The notes beneath the pieces were generated by a model, which saw only the letters and a list, made by a program, of their open reading frames with translations, ran no database searches and was not told where the DNA came from. 64,000 bases of DNA, from NCBI GenBank assembly GCA_038913135.1, contig JBCLES010000005.1:12216-76215 (forward strand). The letters are read 5' to 3'. This stretch comes from Anaerolineae bacterium (GTDB lineage: Bacteria; Chloroflexota; Anaerolineae; Epilineales; Epilineaceae). Positions 47,652 to 56,375 of the stretch are shown one piece after another; the stretch's first letter is position 1; every line of letters begins with the position of its first letter. The position numbers and the translations under genes are program-made.

Positions 47652-48767
47652 ATGACGGATGAACTACCGCGCGAGCGGCTCGAACGTGCAGAGGCGCGTT
47701 ACGAGGAATTGATTACGTCGCTCGGCACACCTGAGGTGGCGAGCGACTCAGACCGTTTGCGCGAGATCGGACAGGAGCAGGCGACGCTAGAGCCGCTCGT
47801 CGAGCGGTGGCGCTCGTTTCGTTCTCTGGAGCAGGAGCTAGCTGAGTCTAGACAGCTCCTTGGAGATGCGGTCGACTATGACATGCGCTCGCTGGTGGAA
47901 GCTGAGATTGAAGCGCTCGAGCCGCGCCTTCTTGAACTTAGCGAGGAAATCGCCGAGCGCCTGATCCCAACCGATCCCAACGACGCTCGTGATGTGATCG
48001 TAGAGATCCGCGCCGGCGCAGGCGGCGACGAGGCCGCTCTCTTCGCGTCCGATCTTCACAGGATGTACATCCGATATGCCGAAAACACAGGTTGGAAGGT
48101 AGAGACTCTCAGCTCCAGCCCGATCGGCATCGGCGGCATGAAGGAGATCATCTTCTCGGTGCAAGGGCGCGGTGCCTACTCCAAGCTCAAATGGGAGAGC
48201 GGTGTCCACCGTGTGCAGCGGGTTCCACAGACGGAGACTTCAGGCCGGATTCACACTTCTACGGCTACGGTCGCAGTCTTGCCGGAGGTGGACGAGGTGG
48301 AGGTCAATGTGCCTGAGTCGGACATCCGAATCGATGTCTTCCGTTCGTCGGGCCCAGGCGGTCAATCGGTCAACACAACGGATTCGGCCGTGCGCTTGAC
48401 CCATCTCCCGTCTGGAATAGTAATCAGTTGCCAGGACGAGAAGTCTCAGCTCCAGAATCGTCGTAAGGCAATGCAGGTGCTGCGCGCCAAGCTTCATCAA
48501 GTCGAAACCGATCGTCAGAACGCGCAGCGGGGCGATGTCCGCCGGGGCATGGTCGGTTCGGGCGATCGCTCCGAGAAGATCAGGACATACAACTTCTCGC
48601 AGAGCAGAATCACGGATCATCGTATCGGATTCTCGACATATCGCTTACCCGAGGTGTTGGCTGGGGACATTGCCGAACTCATCGGTGAGTTATCGCTGGC
48701 GGAGCGGGCGGAGCGTCTCGCGCAGGCGCGCGAAGGCGCCGTCGAAACCGTGCCGGCCCAGGGCTAA
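47652..48767 (+). CDS. prfA: peptide chain release factor 1
   Basis: RVQRVPQTETSGRIHTS (PxT tripeptide region) and SSGPGGQSVNTTDSAVRLTH (GGQ). Start ATG 47652 (MTDELPRERL). Confidence 0.93.
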   Translation: MTDELPRERLERAEARYEELITSLGTPEVASDSDRLREIGQEQATLEPLVERWRSFRSLEQELAESRQLLGDAVDYDMRSLVEAEIEALEPRLLELSEEIAERLIPTDPNDARDVIVEIRAGAGGDEAALFASDLHRMYIRYAENTGWKVETLSSSPIGIGGMKEIIFSVQGRGAYSKLKWESGVHRVQRVPQTETSGRIHTSTATVAVLPEVDEVEVNVPESDIRIDVFRSSGPGGQSVNTTDSAVRLTHLPSGIVISCQDEKSQLQNRRKAMQVLRAKLHQVETDRQNAQRGDVRRGMVGSGDRSEKIRTYNFSQSRITDHRIGFSTYRLPEVLAGDIAELIGELSLAERAERLAQAREGAVETVPAQG

Positions 48768-48830
48768 GGTCGGGCGATAAACCCGGAAAGGCATGCGAGC
48801 ACGGCCGTTTCCGGCGACGGTGAACTAACC

Positions 48831-49715
48831 GTGGCATCCGTCGTGCGTCGAGTGCGAACACAGCTATCGCGCGACGGTGCCGATTACGGTGCTGATACCG
48901 GCGAACGGATGGCCGAATGGATCGTCGGACACGTTCTCGAAATCGAACACAGCGACTTGATCGTCCGCGCCAACGAGCTGTTCCCGCCCGAAGCTTCTGC
49001 CCAACTCGAATCTCTCGTCGCACGATTGATTGAAGGCGAACCATTCGCTTACGTCGTGGGCCAGACCGACTTCCTTGATCTTACCCTCATGGTTGGGCCT
49101 GGCGCCCTCATCCCCAGGCCGGAGACGGAAGGGCTGGCGGAATGGGCTATCGGGCGGACACCATCCGTTGGCCAGCCGCGTGTCCTCGACGTAGGGACAG
49201 GCGTTGGCCCCCTTGCGCTCTCGATCGCGCGCGCGCGACCCAACGCGATCGTGCATGCGACCGATCGATCACGGATCGCGCTCGATTTAGCGGTTTCGAA
49301 CGCAGAACGGCTCGGACTGACCCGGTCGATAGCCTGGCACCATACCGATCTCTTGCCTGAAGGGCACGAACTGTATGACGTGGTAGTGGCCAACCTTCCC
49401 TACGTGGGATTCGATGAAATCGCGCTCGTCGCGCCCGAGGTGCTGCTACACGAGCCCCATGAGGCGTTGTTCGCCGGTCCGGATGGCCTTGCATTAATCG
49501 AGCGCCTGCTCAACCGTCTACCCGATCGGATCGCCGCCGAAGCGGCAGTCGGACTGGAGATCGGCTGGCGCCAAGGACCGTCCGTGGTAAAGCTGGCGAG
49601 GGCGGCCTTCCCGTCAGCGCGCGTTCAATTGCGCGCCGATCTTGCAGGACGAGTCCGCTACGTTCTCATAGACATCGACCCAAAGGGCGCTTTTGACGAC
49701 GCCCCGGCCAGATGA
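48831..49715 (+). CDS. prmC: release factor glutamine methyltransferase PrmC/HemK
   Basis: VLDVGTGVGPLAL (SAM site) and VVANLPYV (NPPY-type motif). Located immediately after prfA. Confidence 0.85.
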   Translation: MASVVRRVRTQLSRDGADYGADTGERMAEWIVGHVLEIEHSDLIVRANELFPPEASAQLESLVARLIEGEPFAYVVGQTDFLDLTLMVGPGALIPRPETEGLAEWAIGRTPSVGQPRVLDVGTGVGPLALSIARARPNAIVHATDRSRIALDLAVSNAERLGLTRSIAWHHTDLLPEGHELYDVVVANLPYVGFDEIALVAPEVLLHEPHEALFAGPDGLALIERLLNRLPDRIAAEAAVGLEIGWRQGPSVVKLARAAFPSARVQLRADLAGRVRYVLIDIDPKGAFDDAPAR

Positions 49716-50872
49716 ATCGAATGCGCGGGCTGACGATCGGCATTGACGCGAGCCGTAGCGCAACCGAACGGCCGACCGGCACTGAGCGATACTCGACTGA
49801 AGTCGTCAGGAACATGCTCGAGATCGGCGAACGGCACAGCTGGAGACTCTATCGAAGGAACACGGCGGAGTTCGAGGATAGCCTATGTGTCGGCAGGCCG
49901 AACGTCGAATTCGTCGTTATGTCCGCGCCTCGTTTCTGGACTCACACCCGACTTGCATGGGAGATTCTTCGCCGGCCGCCCGATGTGCTCTTCATCCCGG
50001 CTCACGTGATGCCGTGGCGGGTATCAGTCCCGACTGTCGTGACGGTCCATGATCTCGGCCATGCCGCATTTCCTTCGACTCACACCCTCACTCAACGTCT
50101 CTACCTCGAGATGACGACCCGGCATCATGTTTCCAGAGCAGCACACCTGATCGCCGATTCAGCCTCGACGGCGGAAGATCTCGAACGCCGCTACGGCGCC
50201 GATCCGGCGCGCGTGTCGGTGGTTCACCTAGGAGTCGACCCGCATTTCTCACCGGCAAAGTCGTCAGAGATCGAGGGGATAAGGCACAAGCTCGATTTGC
50301 CTGAAGGCTCCGACTACATCCTCCACGTGGGCACGCTTCAGCCGCGTAAGAATCTGTTGCGTCTGCTCGGAGCTTTCGCCCGCATTGCGACCGATTATCC
50401 TAAGCTCTCGCTAGTCCTCGCCGGCGGTCCGGGCTGGGGCGCCGAGGACTACGTCGGCCATGCGCGGCTGCTGGGCATCGAAAGTCGCGTGCTCTTCCCG
50501 GGTTACGTCGCCGAAGCAGATCTGGCGGCGCTTTACTCGGGCGCGCTGATCGTGGTAGTTCCCAGCCTCTACGAAGGCTTCGGTTTGCCGGTCCTCGAGG
50601 CCATGGCCTGCGGGGCGCCGGTGGCGACCGGAAGGGGTTCGAGCATACTGGAGGTGGCCGGTGACGCTGCCCTCTTCTTCGACCCGCTGCAGGTGGAATC
50701 GATTGCTGCGACTCTGCGCGAAGCGATCGAAAGTCCTTCGGAACGCAGCCGCCTCGCGCGCATCGGCGTCGAGCGCGCCGCGAGCTTCACCTGGCGTCGC
50801 TGCGCGCGGCAGACGCTCGACATACTTGAGCAGATCGGTGGTTCAGGCTACAGAAGTCGAAGGGCGTCGTGA
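49712..50872 (+). CDS. GT4-family (GT-B) glycosyltransferase
   Basis: LHVGTLQPRKN...VVVPSLYEGFGLPVLEAMACGAPV (E-x7-E). ATGA overlap with prmC. Confidence 0.85.
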   Translation: MNRMRGLTIGIDASRSATERPTGTERYSTEVVRNMLEIGERHSWRLYRRNTAEFEDSLCVGRPNVEFVVMSAPRFWTHTRLAWEILRRPPDVLFIPAHVMPWRVSVPTVVTVHDLGHAAFPSTHTLTQRLYLEMTTRHHVSRAAHLIADSASTAEDLERRYGADPARVSVVHLGVDPHFSPAKSSEIEGIRHKLDLPEGSDYILHVGTLQPRKNLLRLLGAFARIATDYPKLSLVLAGGPGWGAEDYVGHARLLGIESRVLFPGYVAEADLAALYSGALIVVVPSLYEGFGLPVLEAMACGAPVATGRGSSILEVAGDAALFFDPLQVESIAATLREAIESPSERSRLARIGVERAASFTWRRCARQTLDILEQIGGSGYRSRRAS

Positions 50873-52005
50873 CGCGACCTTCCGACGAAGGCGCGAAACG
50901 ACTGCTCGTCGTCAAGCTTGCCGATTTCGGCGACGCGCTTCTGACTACGCCGGCGATCGCCGCGCTACGCGAAGCCTTTCCCAATTCAACCATCGACGTC
51001 CTGACAACGCCAGCCGGTGCCTCTGTCTTCGGTCACACCGGCTCGCTCGTCGACGACATCATCGTCTTCGAGTCGCAGCCCTTCTTGCGGCGGTTGCCGA
51101 CTGCCGCCGCTATCTTGCGCGCTTCAAAGCTCGCACGCGTGCTCCGATCGCGTCGCTATGACGCTGTGCTTTCCATGCACTCGCTGGTCACGCGCCGCGG
51201 TGCTTTGAAGCACGCGGCACTGGCGATCGTGAGCGGTGCGAAGCGCCGCGTTGGACTGGTGGCGCCCGGGTCCCTGCGTGGATGGTATCTGACGGATAGC
51301 GCGGTCGATGCGGGCTATGACAACTCGCACGTCGCATCCTCCATGCTCGCGGTCGCCGGCGCGCTGGCTCCGTCCATCGAGCGTACAGAGGCGCTGTGGC
51401 CGGCATTGTTCGAGCCGGGAGAACAGGCGCACGGCACCGCGGAAGTGCTGATTCAATCGCTGGATGCCGGCGATAGGCCCATTGTGGCAATCCATCCCGG
51501 CTGCGGTCCTTACAGTAAAGCGCGGCGCTGGCCCAAAGAGAGGTTTGCCGGGCTTGCCGGCCGGCTTGCCGAAGAAGGAATTCTGCCGATTGTTATCGGT
51601 GGACCTGATGACGAAACGGCCGAAGTGGTCAGCCTATGTTCGGCGCCGGTTGTCGATCTAGGAGGTCGAACCGACCTCGCCACGCTGGGCGCATTGCTGG
51701 GTCGCGTGGCAGCATATGTCGGCAACGACAGCGGGGTGTCGCATCTTGCGGTCGCGATGGGCGCACCGAGCGTTGTGGTTTTTGGTCCATCGAACGAAGT
51801 TGCGTGGGGCCCATGGTCGCCGCGTGCGCCTACCAAGGTCGTTTCGATCGCCGTACCATGCCGTCCGTGCATCTACGTCGGGCATCGCCTAGGGGAGCCC
51901 AAAGGCTGTCCGACACGGGACTGCCTGCGTTGGCTTGACATCGATGCCGTGCTCGACGCCGTGCACGCGGTGACCGGATTCACAACGTCATCCATTGCTC
52001 AATGA
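50869..52005 (+). CDS. GT9-family glycosyltransferase (heptosyltransferase-like)
   Basis: RLLVVKLADFGDALLTTPAIAALREAFP, IHPGCGPYSKARRWP, YVGNDSGVSHLAVAMGAPSVVVFGPS. GTGA overlap with the GT4 gene. Confidence 0.85.
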   Translation: MTRPSDEGAKRLLVVKLADFGDALLTTPAIAALREAFPNSTIDVLTTPAGASVFGHTGSLVDDIIVFESQPFLRRLPTAAAILRASKLARVLRSRRYDAVLSMHSLVTRRGALKHAALAIVSGAKRRVGLVAPGSLRGWYLTDSAVDAGYDNSHVASSMLAVAGALAPSIERTEALWPALFEPGEQAHGTAEVLIQSLDAGDRPIVAIHPGCGPYSKARRWPKERFAGLAGRLAEEGILPIVIGGPDDETAEVVSLCSAPVVDLGGRTDLATLGALLGRVAAYVGNDSGVSHLAVAMGAPSVVVFGPSNEVAWGPWSPRAPTKVVSIAVPCRPCIYVGHRLGEPKGCPTRDCLRWLDIDAVLDAVHAVTGFTTSSIAQ

Positions 52006-52076
52006 TCTTGACATAAGGAAATTATGACTCCGATTGCCGGTGGCGCACCAGAATCTCACGGACGAGAGCTCGCCGA

Positions 52077-53081
52077 ATGATCTCATCCGAGCGGGCGCTG
52101 ACGATCTTCTCGGCGATCAGCCGCCTTCGCGTGTTGGTGGTCGGGGATCTATTTCTCGACGAATACTTGATCGGGCGAGCGGAAAGGCTGAGCAGGGAAG
52201 GCCCAGTTCCGGTGTTGGCCTTCGATCGCCGTTCGATCATGCCGGGCGGCGGCGCAAACCCGGCTCGCAACACTGCCGGATTGGGCGCGCGAACCGCACA
52301 AGTCGGCGTGATTGGAGACGATGTCGCTGGCTCAGAGTTGCGCCAGGCCCTAGAGGCGACGGGGGTGACAACGTCCGGGATCATTGTTGATCCTTCGCGG
52401 CCGACTACGCAGAAGACAAGAATTGTGGCCGAGGGTCTGGCGGCGCCGCAGCAGGTGGCTCGGATCGATCGTCGTGACCCGAGGACACTTGCACCAGATA
52501 TTCAGCGCTCCGTTGTCGAAGCGGTCGTTGAAGGTTCGGCGGAAGCGGACGTCGTGATAGTCTCGCATTATCGCTGCGGAGTAGTCACTGATTCCGTGGC
52601 CGACGCCGTACGCGCTTCTCGCTCCAAGGATGCGCTGATCTGCGTTGATGCCCAGGGCGACCTAGAACGATTCACCAGCTTCGATGTCGTTCGCATTGGA
52701 CGGGCGGATGCCGAAAGCGCGCTCGGCCGCCCTCTGGAGAACGAAGCGGCGATAGCCATGGCCGCGCGTGAGGTCCAACGCTCTTTGGGAGCGCGCCTGG
52801 TTATGCTCGGCCGTGGCTCGCTTGGCACGAGCATCGCCGAGGACGTTGGTTACGCCTTGATCCCGCCGCTCAACGTGAGTGAAGTCTTCGACGTATCGGG
52901 CGCGGGCGACACGATGATCGCCGTTTCCGCGCTCGCGATAGCGGCGGGAGCGTCGACACGCGAGGCTGTCGATCTCGCCCACGCCGGAGCCGCGTCCGTA
53001 ATCCGCCGACTCGGAGTAGCCGCTCCCAGCGCCGCCGAGATAATGTTCGAGATTCATGCTGCGCGAGCGAACGGCTCATGA
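52077..53081 (+). CDS. hldA: D-glycero-beta-D-manno-heptose-7-phosphate kinase (RfaE domain I, PfkB family)
   Basis: RVLVVGDLFLDEYLIGRAERLSREGPVPVL at the N-terminus and DVSGAGDTMIA (PfkB signature 2). Confidence 0.8.
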   Translation: MISSERALTIFSAISRLRVLVVGDLFLDEYLIGRAERLSREGPVPVLAFDRRSIMPGGGANPARNTAGLGARTAQVGVIGDDVAGSELRQALEATGVTTSGIIVDPSRPTTQKTRIVAEGLAAPQQVARIDRRDPRTLAPDIQRSVVEAVVEGSAEADVVIVSHYRCGVVTDSVADAVRASRSKDALICVDAQGDLERFTSFDVVRIGRADAESALGRPLENEAAIAMAAREVQRSLGARLVMLGRGSLGTSIAEDVGYALIPPLNVSEVFDVSGAGDTMIAVSALAIAAGASTREAVDLAHAGAASVIRRLGVAAPSAAEIMFEIHAARANGS

Positions 53082-53626
53082 CGCTAGGCTCGAACGCCGG
53101 AGATTACGATCCAACCATGCCGATTCCGGCCGCCGGTGGTCTCCGCAAACGCATTCTGAGCCTTGAAGAAGCCGTAAACAGGCGGGAGGAGTGGCGGCGG
53201 AAAGGTCTCCGCGTCGTCCTTACCAACGGTTGTTTCGATTTGATTCATGTGGGCCACGCTAGATATCTCGGCGCGGCGCGAGCACTCGGCGATCGTCTCG
53301 TCGTCGCGCTGAACGACGATGCCTCCGTTGAGGTGCGCAAGGGGGTCGGCCGCCCGATCATCGTCGAAGCCGAGCGAGCTGAGCTCCTGGCCTCCCTTCG
53401 TATGGTCGATGCCGTCACCATCTTCGCGGACCGAACCGCTGAAGGCGTAGTTGCAGCTATCCGGCCCGACATCTACACCAAAGGCGGGGACTATGGAGGG
53501 TGCGCAGGGGAGCCACCGGAGGCGCTCGTCGCGGCCGCGCTTGGCGCCGAGATCCGCTATCTCGAATTCGTGGAAGGCCGCTCCACCCGCCAGTTGATCG
53601 AACGTATCCGAGCTGGTCGATTGTGA
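53078..53626 (+). CDS. hldC: D-glycero-beta-D-manno-heptose-1-phosphate adenylyltransferase (RfaE domain II)
   Basis: VVLTNGCFDLIHVGHARYL (HxGH nucleotidyltransferase motif), then VALNDD.S......GRPI. ATGA overlap with the kinase gene. Confidence 0.8.
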   Translation: MTLGSNAGDYDPTMPIPAAGGLRKRILSLEEAVNRREEWRRKGLRVVLTNGCFDLIHVGHARYLGAARALGDRLVVALNDDASVEVRKGVGRPIIVEAERAELLASLRMVDAVTIFADRTAEGVVAAIRPDIYTKGGDYGGCAGEPPEALVAAALGAEIRYLEFVEGRSTRQLIERIRAGRL

Positions 53627-55266
53627 GCGAGACGGAGTACACGGCCGCACCTTCGGAAGTATCCCCGCCCCCCACTGCGTCCCAAGGAATTGTCGCGGCC
53701 GCATCGGTGCTCGCGCTCGGCAATCTTGCGAGCAGATTGTTTGGCTTCATTCGTGATCGGGTGCTCGCCACTACCTACGGCCCCGGCGAAGCTCTGAGCA
53801 CTTTTCTGATCGCGTCGAAAGTGCCGATGCACCTCTATACTCTTTTGATCGGCGGACAGCTCAGTGCGGCGCTCGTGCCGGTGCTTGCCGGATATCGGGA
53901 TCGCGATAGGGCAGCGTTCGGCCGGGCGGCGAGCGCCATCCTGAGCGCCGCCGCTTTGGCCACGGGCATCGCGATGCTCGGCATAATAGTCTTCGCCGAG
54001 CCCATTGCTTCATGGTTGGCAGTCGGATTCGGCGAGGCGGGAGCGCAGCGGATGGCGCTGATGCTCAAACTGATGGCGCCATCTGCGGTTCTCTTTGGCG
54101 CCGGGGGCGTCCTAACCGCGCTCTTACTATCTCGCGAGCGCTTTGCTGTCCCGGCCATCGCGGGCGCGATTTACAACGTCGGGATGATAACGGCAGTGAT
54201 CGCGTTGCGCGGACGGCTCGGGCCGATGGCGATGCCTCTGGGAGTCGCGTTCGGAGCGGCCGGCCAACTGGCCATCCTCTGGTACGGCGTTGGGCGGTCC
54301 GGCGTGAGCCTTCATCCCGCGGGTCCCGCACACCCTGCCGTCCGCCGTATCCTGGTGCTCTATGCTCCGATCGCGGCAGGACTTGTCGTGACCGACATCT
54401 TCCTGCCGTCGCTGGACGGGCGTTGGTCGACGCTTGCCGGACCGTCGGCGCGCTCCCTGCTCGAGCTCGCTACTCGCCTTGTTCAATTTCCCCATGGTTT
54501 CATCTCGGTGGCGATTTCGCTCGCCATCTTGCCGGCCCTGTCGGGGGCGCATGCTCGCGGCGACGAAAAGCGGTTCGCAACGACCCTAGCGCGCGGAGTG
54601 CGCCTTGTCCTAGCGCTGTCCATCCCAGCCGCCGTCGGCCTCGCGGTGCTCGCGGAGCCTTTGGCAGGTGCGGCGTTTCAGGCCGGCGCCTTCGGCGATG
54701 CCGATCGGACGGGAGTTGCCGTCGCGCTGATCGCATATCTGATCGGCTTGCCGTTCGCCGCCGTCGATTGGCCGTTGAACTACGCCTTCTATGCTCGCGG
54801 CCGAACTTGGATTCCCGCGCTGGTCGGCGTGTTCAGCGTCGGCGCATGGATCGGCGTCGCGTGGGCTATCACAGTGCGCGATTTCTTCTCACTGCCGCCG
54901 GAGTATCTGTTCGTGGGACTCGCGCTGGCGGACAGTGCCAAACATGCCCTGCATGCTCTCGTCATGTTCGCACTATCCCGCAGATTGATCGGCGCTGACG
55001 CCACGCAGGGAATCTGGCGGACAATCTCTCGGGCAAGCGTGGCTGCTGCTGCGATGGGCGTCACGGTATGGTGGATTGACGGCTGGCTGATGACTGTGCT
55101 GCCTTCTGGGACTGTAGGCTGGTTGACCCGCAGCGCCGTTGGAGCGTTGATCGGAGGCGGCCTGTACGCATCCCTTGCGGTAGTGCTTGGCGATCGCGAG
55201 ATCATCGGCTTGGGCCAAGTCGTCAAGGATCGGTTCCTTGCTCGATCCGCTTCCGACGGCGTATAA
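53623..55266 (+). CDS. murJ: lipid II / glycan flippase MurJ family, copy 2
   Basis: LGNLASRLFGFIRDRVLATTYGPGEALSTFLIASKVPMHLYTLLIGGQLSAALVPVL plus multiple TM segments. GTG 53623 overlaps the hldC stop (GTGA). The track start at 53500 lies inside hldC. Confidence 0.8.
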   Translation: MSETEYTAAPSEVSPPPTASQGIVAAASVLALGNLASRLFGFIRDRVLATTYGPGEALSTFLIASKVPMHLYTLLIGGQLSAALVPVLAGYRDRDRAAFGRAASAILSAAALATGIAMLGIIVFAEPIASWLAVGFGEAGAQRMALMLKLMAPSAVLFGAGGVLTALLLSRERFAVPAIAGAIYNVGMITAVIALRGRLGPMAMPLGVAFGAAGQLAILWYGVGRSGVSLHPAGPAHPAVRRILVLYAPIAAGLVVTDIFLPSLDGRWSTLAGPSARSLLELATRLVQFPHGFISVAISLAILPALSGAHARGDEKRFATTLARGVRLVLALSIPAAVGLAVLAEPLAGAAFQAGAFGDADRTGVAVALIAYLIGLPFAAVDWPLNYAFYARGRTWIPALVGVFSVGAWIGVAWAITVRDFFSLPPEYLFVGLALADSAKHALHALVMFALSRRLIGADATQGIWRTISRASVAAAAMGVTVWWIDGWLMTVLPSGTVGWLTRSAVGALIGGGLYASLAVVLGDREIIGLGQVVKDRFLARSASDGV

Positions 55267-55322
55267 TCGCCCTGTTTGCGATCGCTCGCCTTTCTGGTGT
55301 CAGCGCCGTCTTCGGAGAAACC

Positions 55323-55607
55323 ATGTCCCGCAAGTCGTCTCGACAAAGCCGCGCTCCCCGAAAGCCGGCTGTACCACGCGCGCCCGGCGCTACGGCCACA
55401 AGCGCTCGTTCGGCGCGGCCGATCGCGGCTGCAGCCCCTGTTGCCGCGGCGACATACGACGATAATCTTCCCGCGACATACAAGCACGTCGCGCGCGATC
55501 TTCGCCGCATCCTTGTCCTTGGTGTGGCGATGTTCGCGTTGATCTACGCTTCGACGCTCGTCGCGAACTCGCTCGGCTCGAATTTCGTCATCGACATCTT
55601 TCGCTGA
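55323..55607 (+). CDS. small basic protein with C-terminal TM, hypothetical
   Basis: 94 aa. Arg/Ala/Pro-rich N-terminal half, then ILVLGVAMFALIYASTLVA. Last gene of the co-directional string. Confidence 0.4.
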   Translation: MSRKSSRQSRAPRKPAVPRAPGATATSARSARPIAAAAPVAAATYDDNLPATYKHVARDLRRILVLGVAMFALIYASTLVANSLGSNFVIDIFR

Positions 55608-55610
55608 TCG

Positions 55611-56375
55611 CTAGCCGACGACGATCGGCTCCACAACCGTGTGATCCAGATCGGCTTGGCCGACGCAGTTAACTTCAGATTCGTCGAGTTTCGCCAGCGC
55701 GAACCGGGCAATAATCTGAGCGATCAGGCCCGCCAGGCTGCTGCCGGATAAAGCGAAGGCGAGGGTGCTGGTCAAGGCGAACGCAGCCGACCTCGCAGCC
55801 GGTCGAGAGTAATGCCGTGAGCCCACCGATTCCCTGGTCGCTGGGTTCGACCAGCCCTCAATTCCGAGCAGGACGACCGCCAGCCACATCGCCGGACCGA
55901 CGCCGCCGGATTCGGGCGAACCGAATCCCGTGTCGAGCGCAGCAGCCCGAAACAGAGCCCAGTGGAGCTCGAACTCGAGAGCCCGCCTGAGAAGCTCGAC
56001 TAGCTTGTCGCGACCGATGTCGCCCTCGCGCGCCGCTTGTAAAAGCCTCGACGCTCCTACCGTCGGTCGCCAATCGTTCTCCCACGCGGAGATGAGCAAG
56101 CAAGCTAGTAACCCCAGTATCACGCCCGTACCGATGGGGACCATAGGTCGAGCAGGAACGTCGAGCCCCATATGTCCGACGCTCGGAACGACTCGGAGCG
56201 AAACGGCGGCGATAGGAATGCCGGCCAGATAGAGTGTCTCAGCCCATCGGCGGATCTCTGGCCTGTCGCCGCTCGGTGACCGGCCTCGGGTCCACTGCCA
56301 GGCACGGGCGGCCGAGTGAAGCGCCAGCATGAGAAGTATCCAGGCCATAGGGTGCATCAGCGCTTCAGAGATCAT
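55611..56375 (-). CDS. polytopic membrane protein, hypothetical (weak CPBP-protease-like motif)
   Basis: About 6 hydrophobic segments. LEFELHWALFR loosely resembles the CPBP EExxxR motif. Overlaps the upstream gene stop. Confidence 0.45.
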   Translation of the reverse strand: MISEALMHPMAWILLMLALHSAARAWQWTRGRSPSGDRPEIRRWAETLYLAGIPIAAVSLRVVPSVGHMGLDVPARPMVPIGTGVILGLLACLLISAWENDWRPTVGASRLLQAAREGDIGRDKLVELLRRALEFELHWALFRAAALDTGFGSPESGGVGPAMWLAVVLLGIEGWSNPATRESVGSRHYSRPAARSAAFALTSTLAFALSGSSLAGLIAQIIARFALAKLDESEVNCVGQADLDHTVVEPIVVG

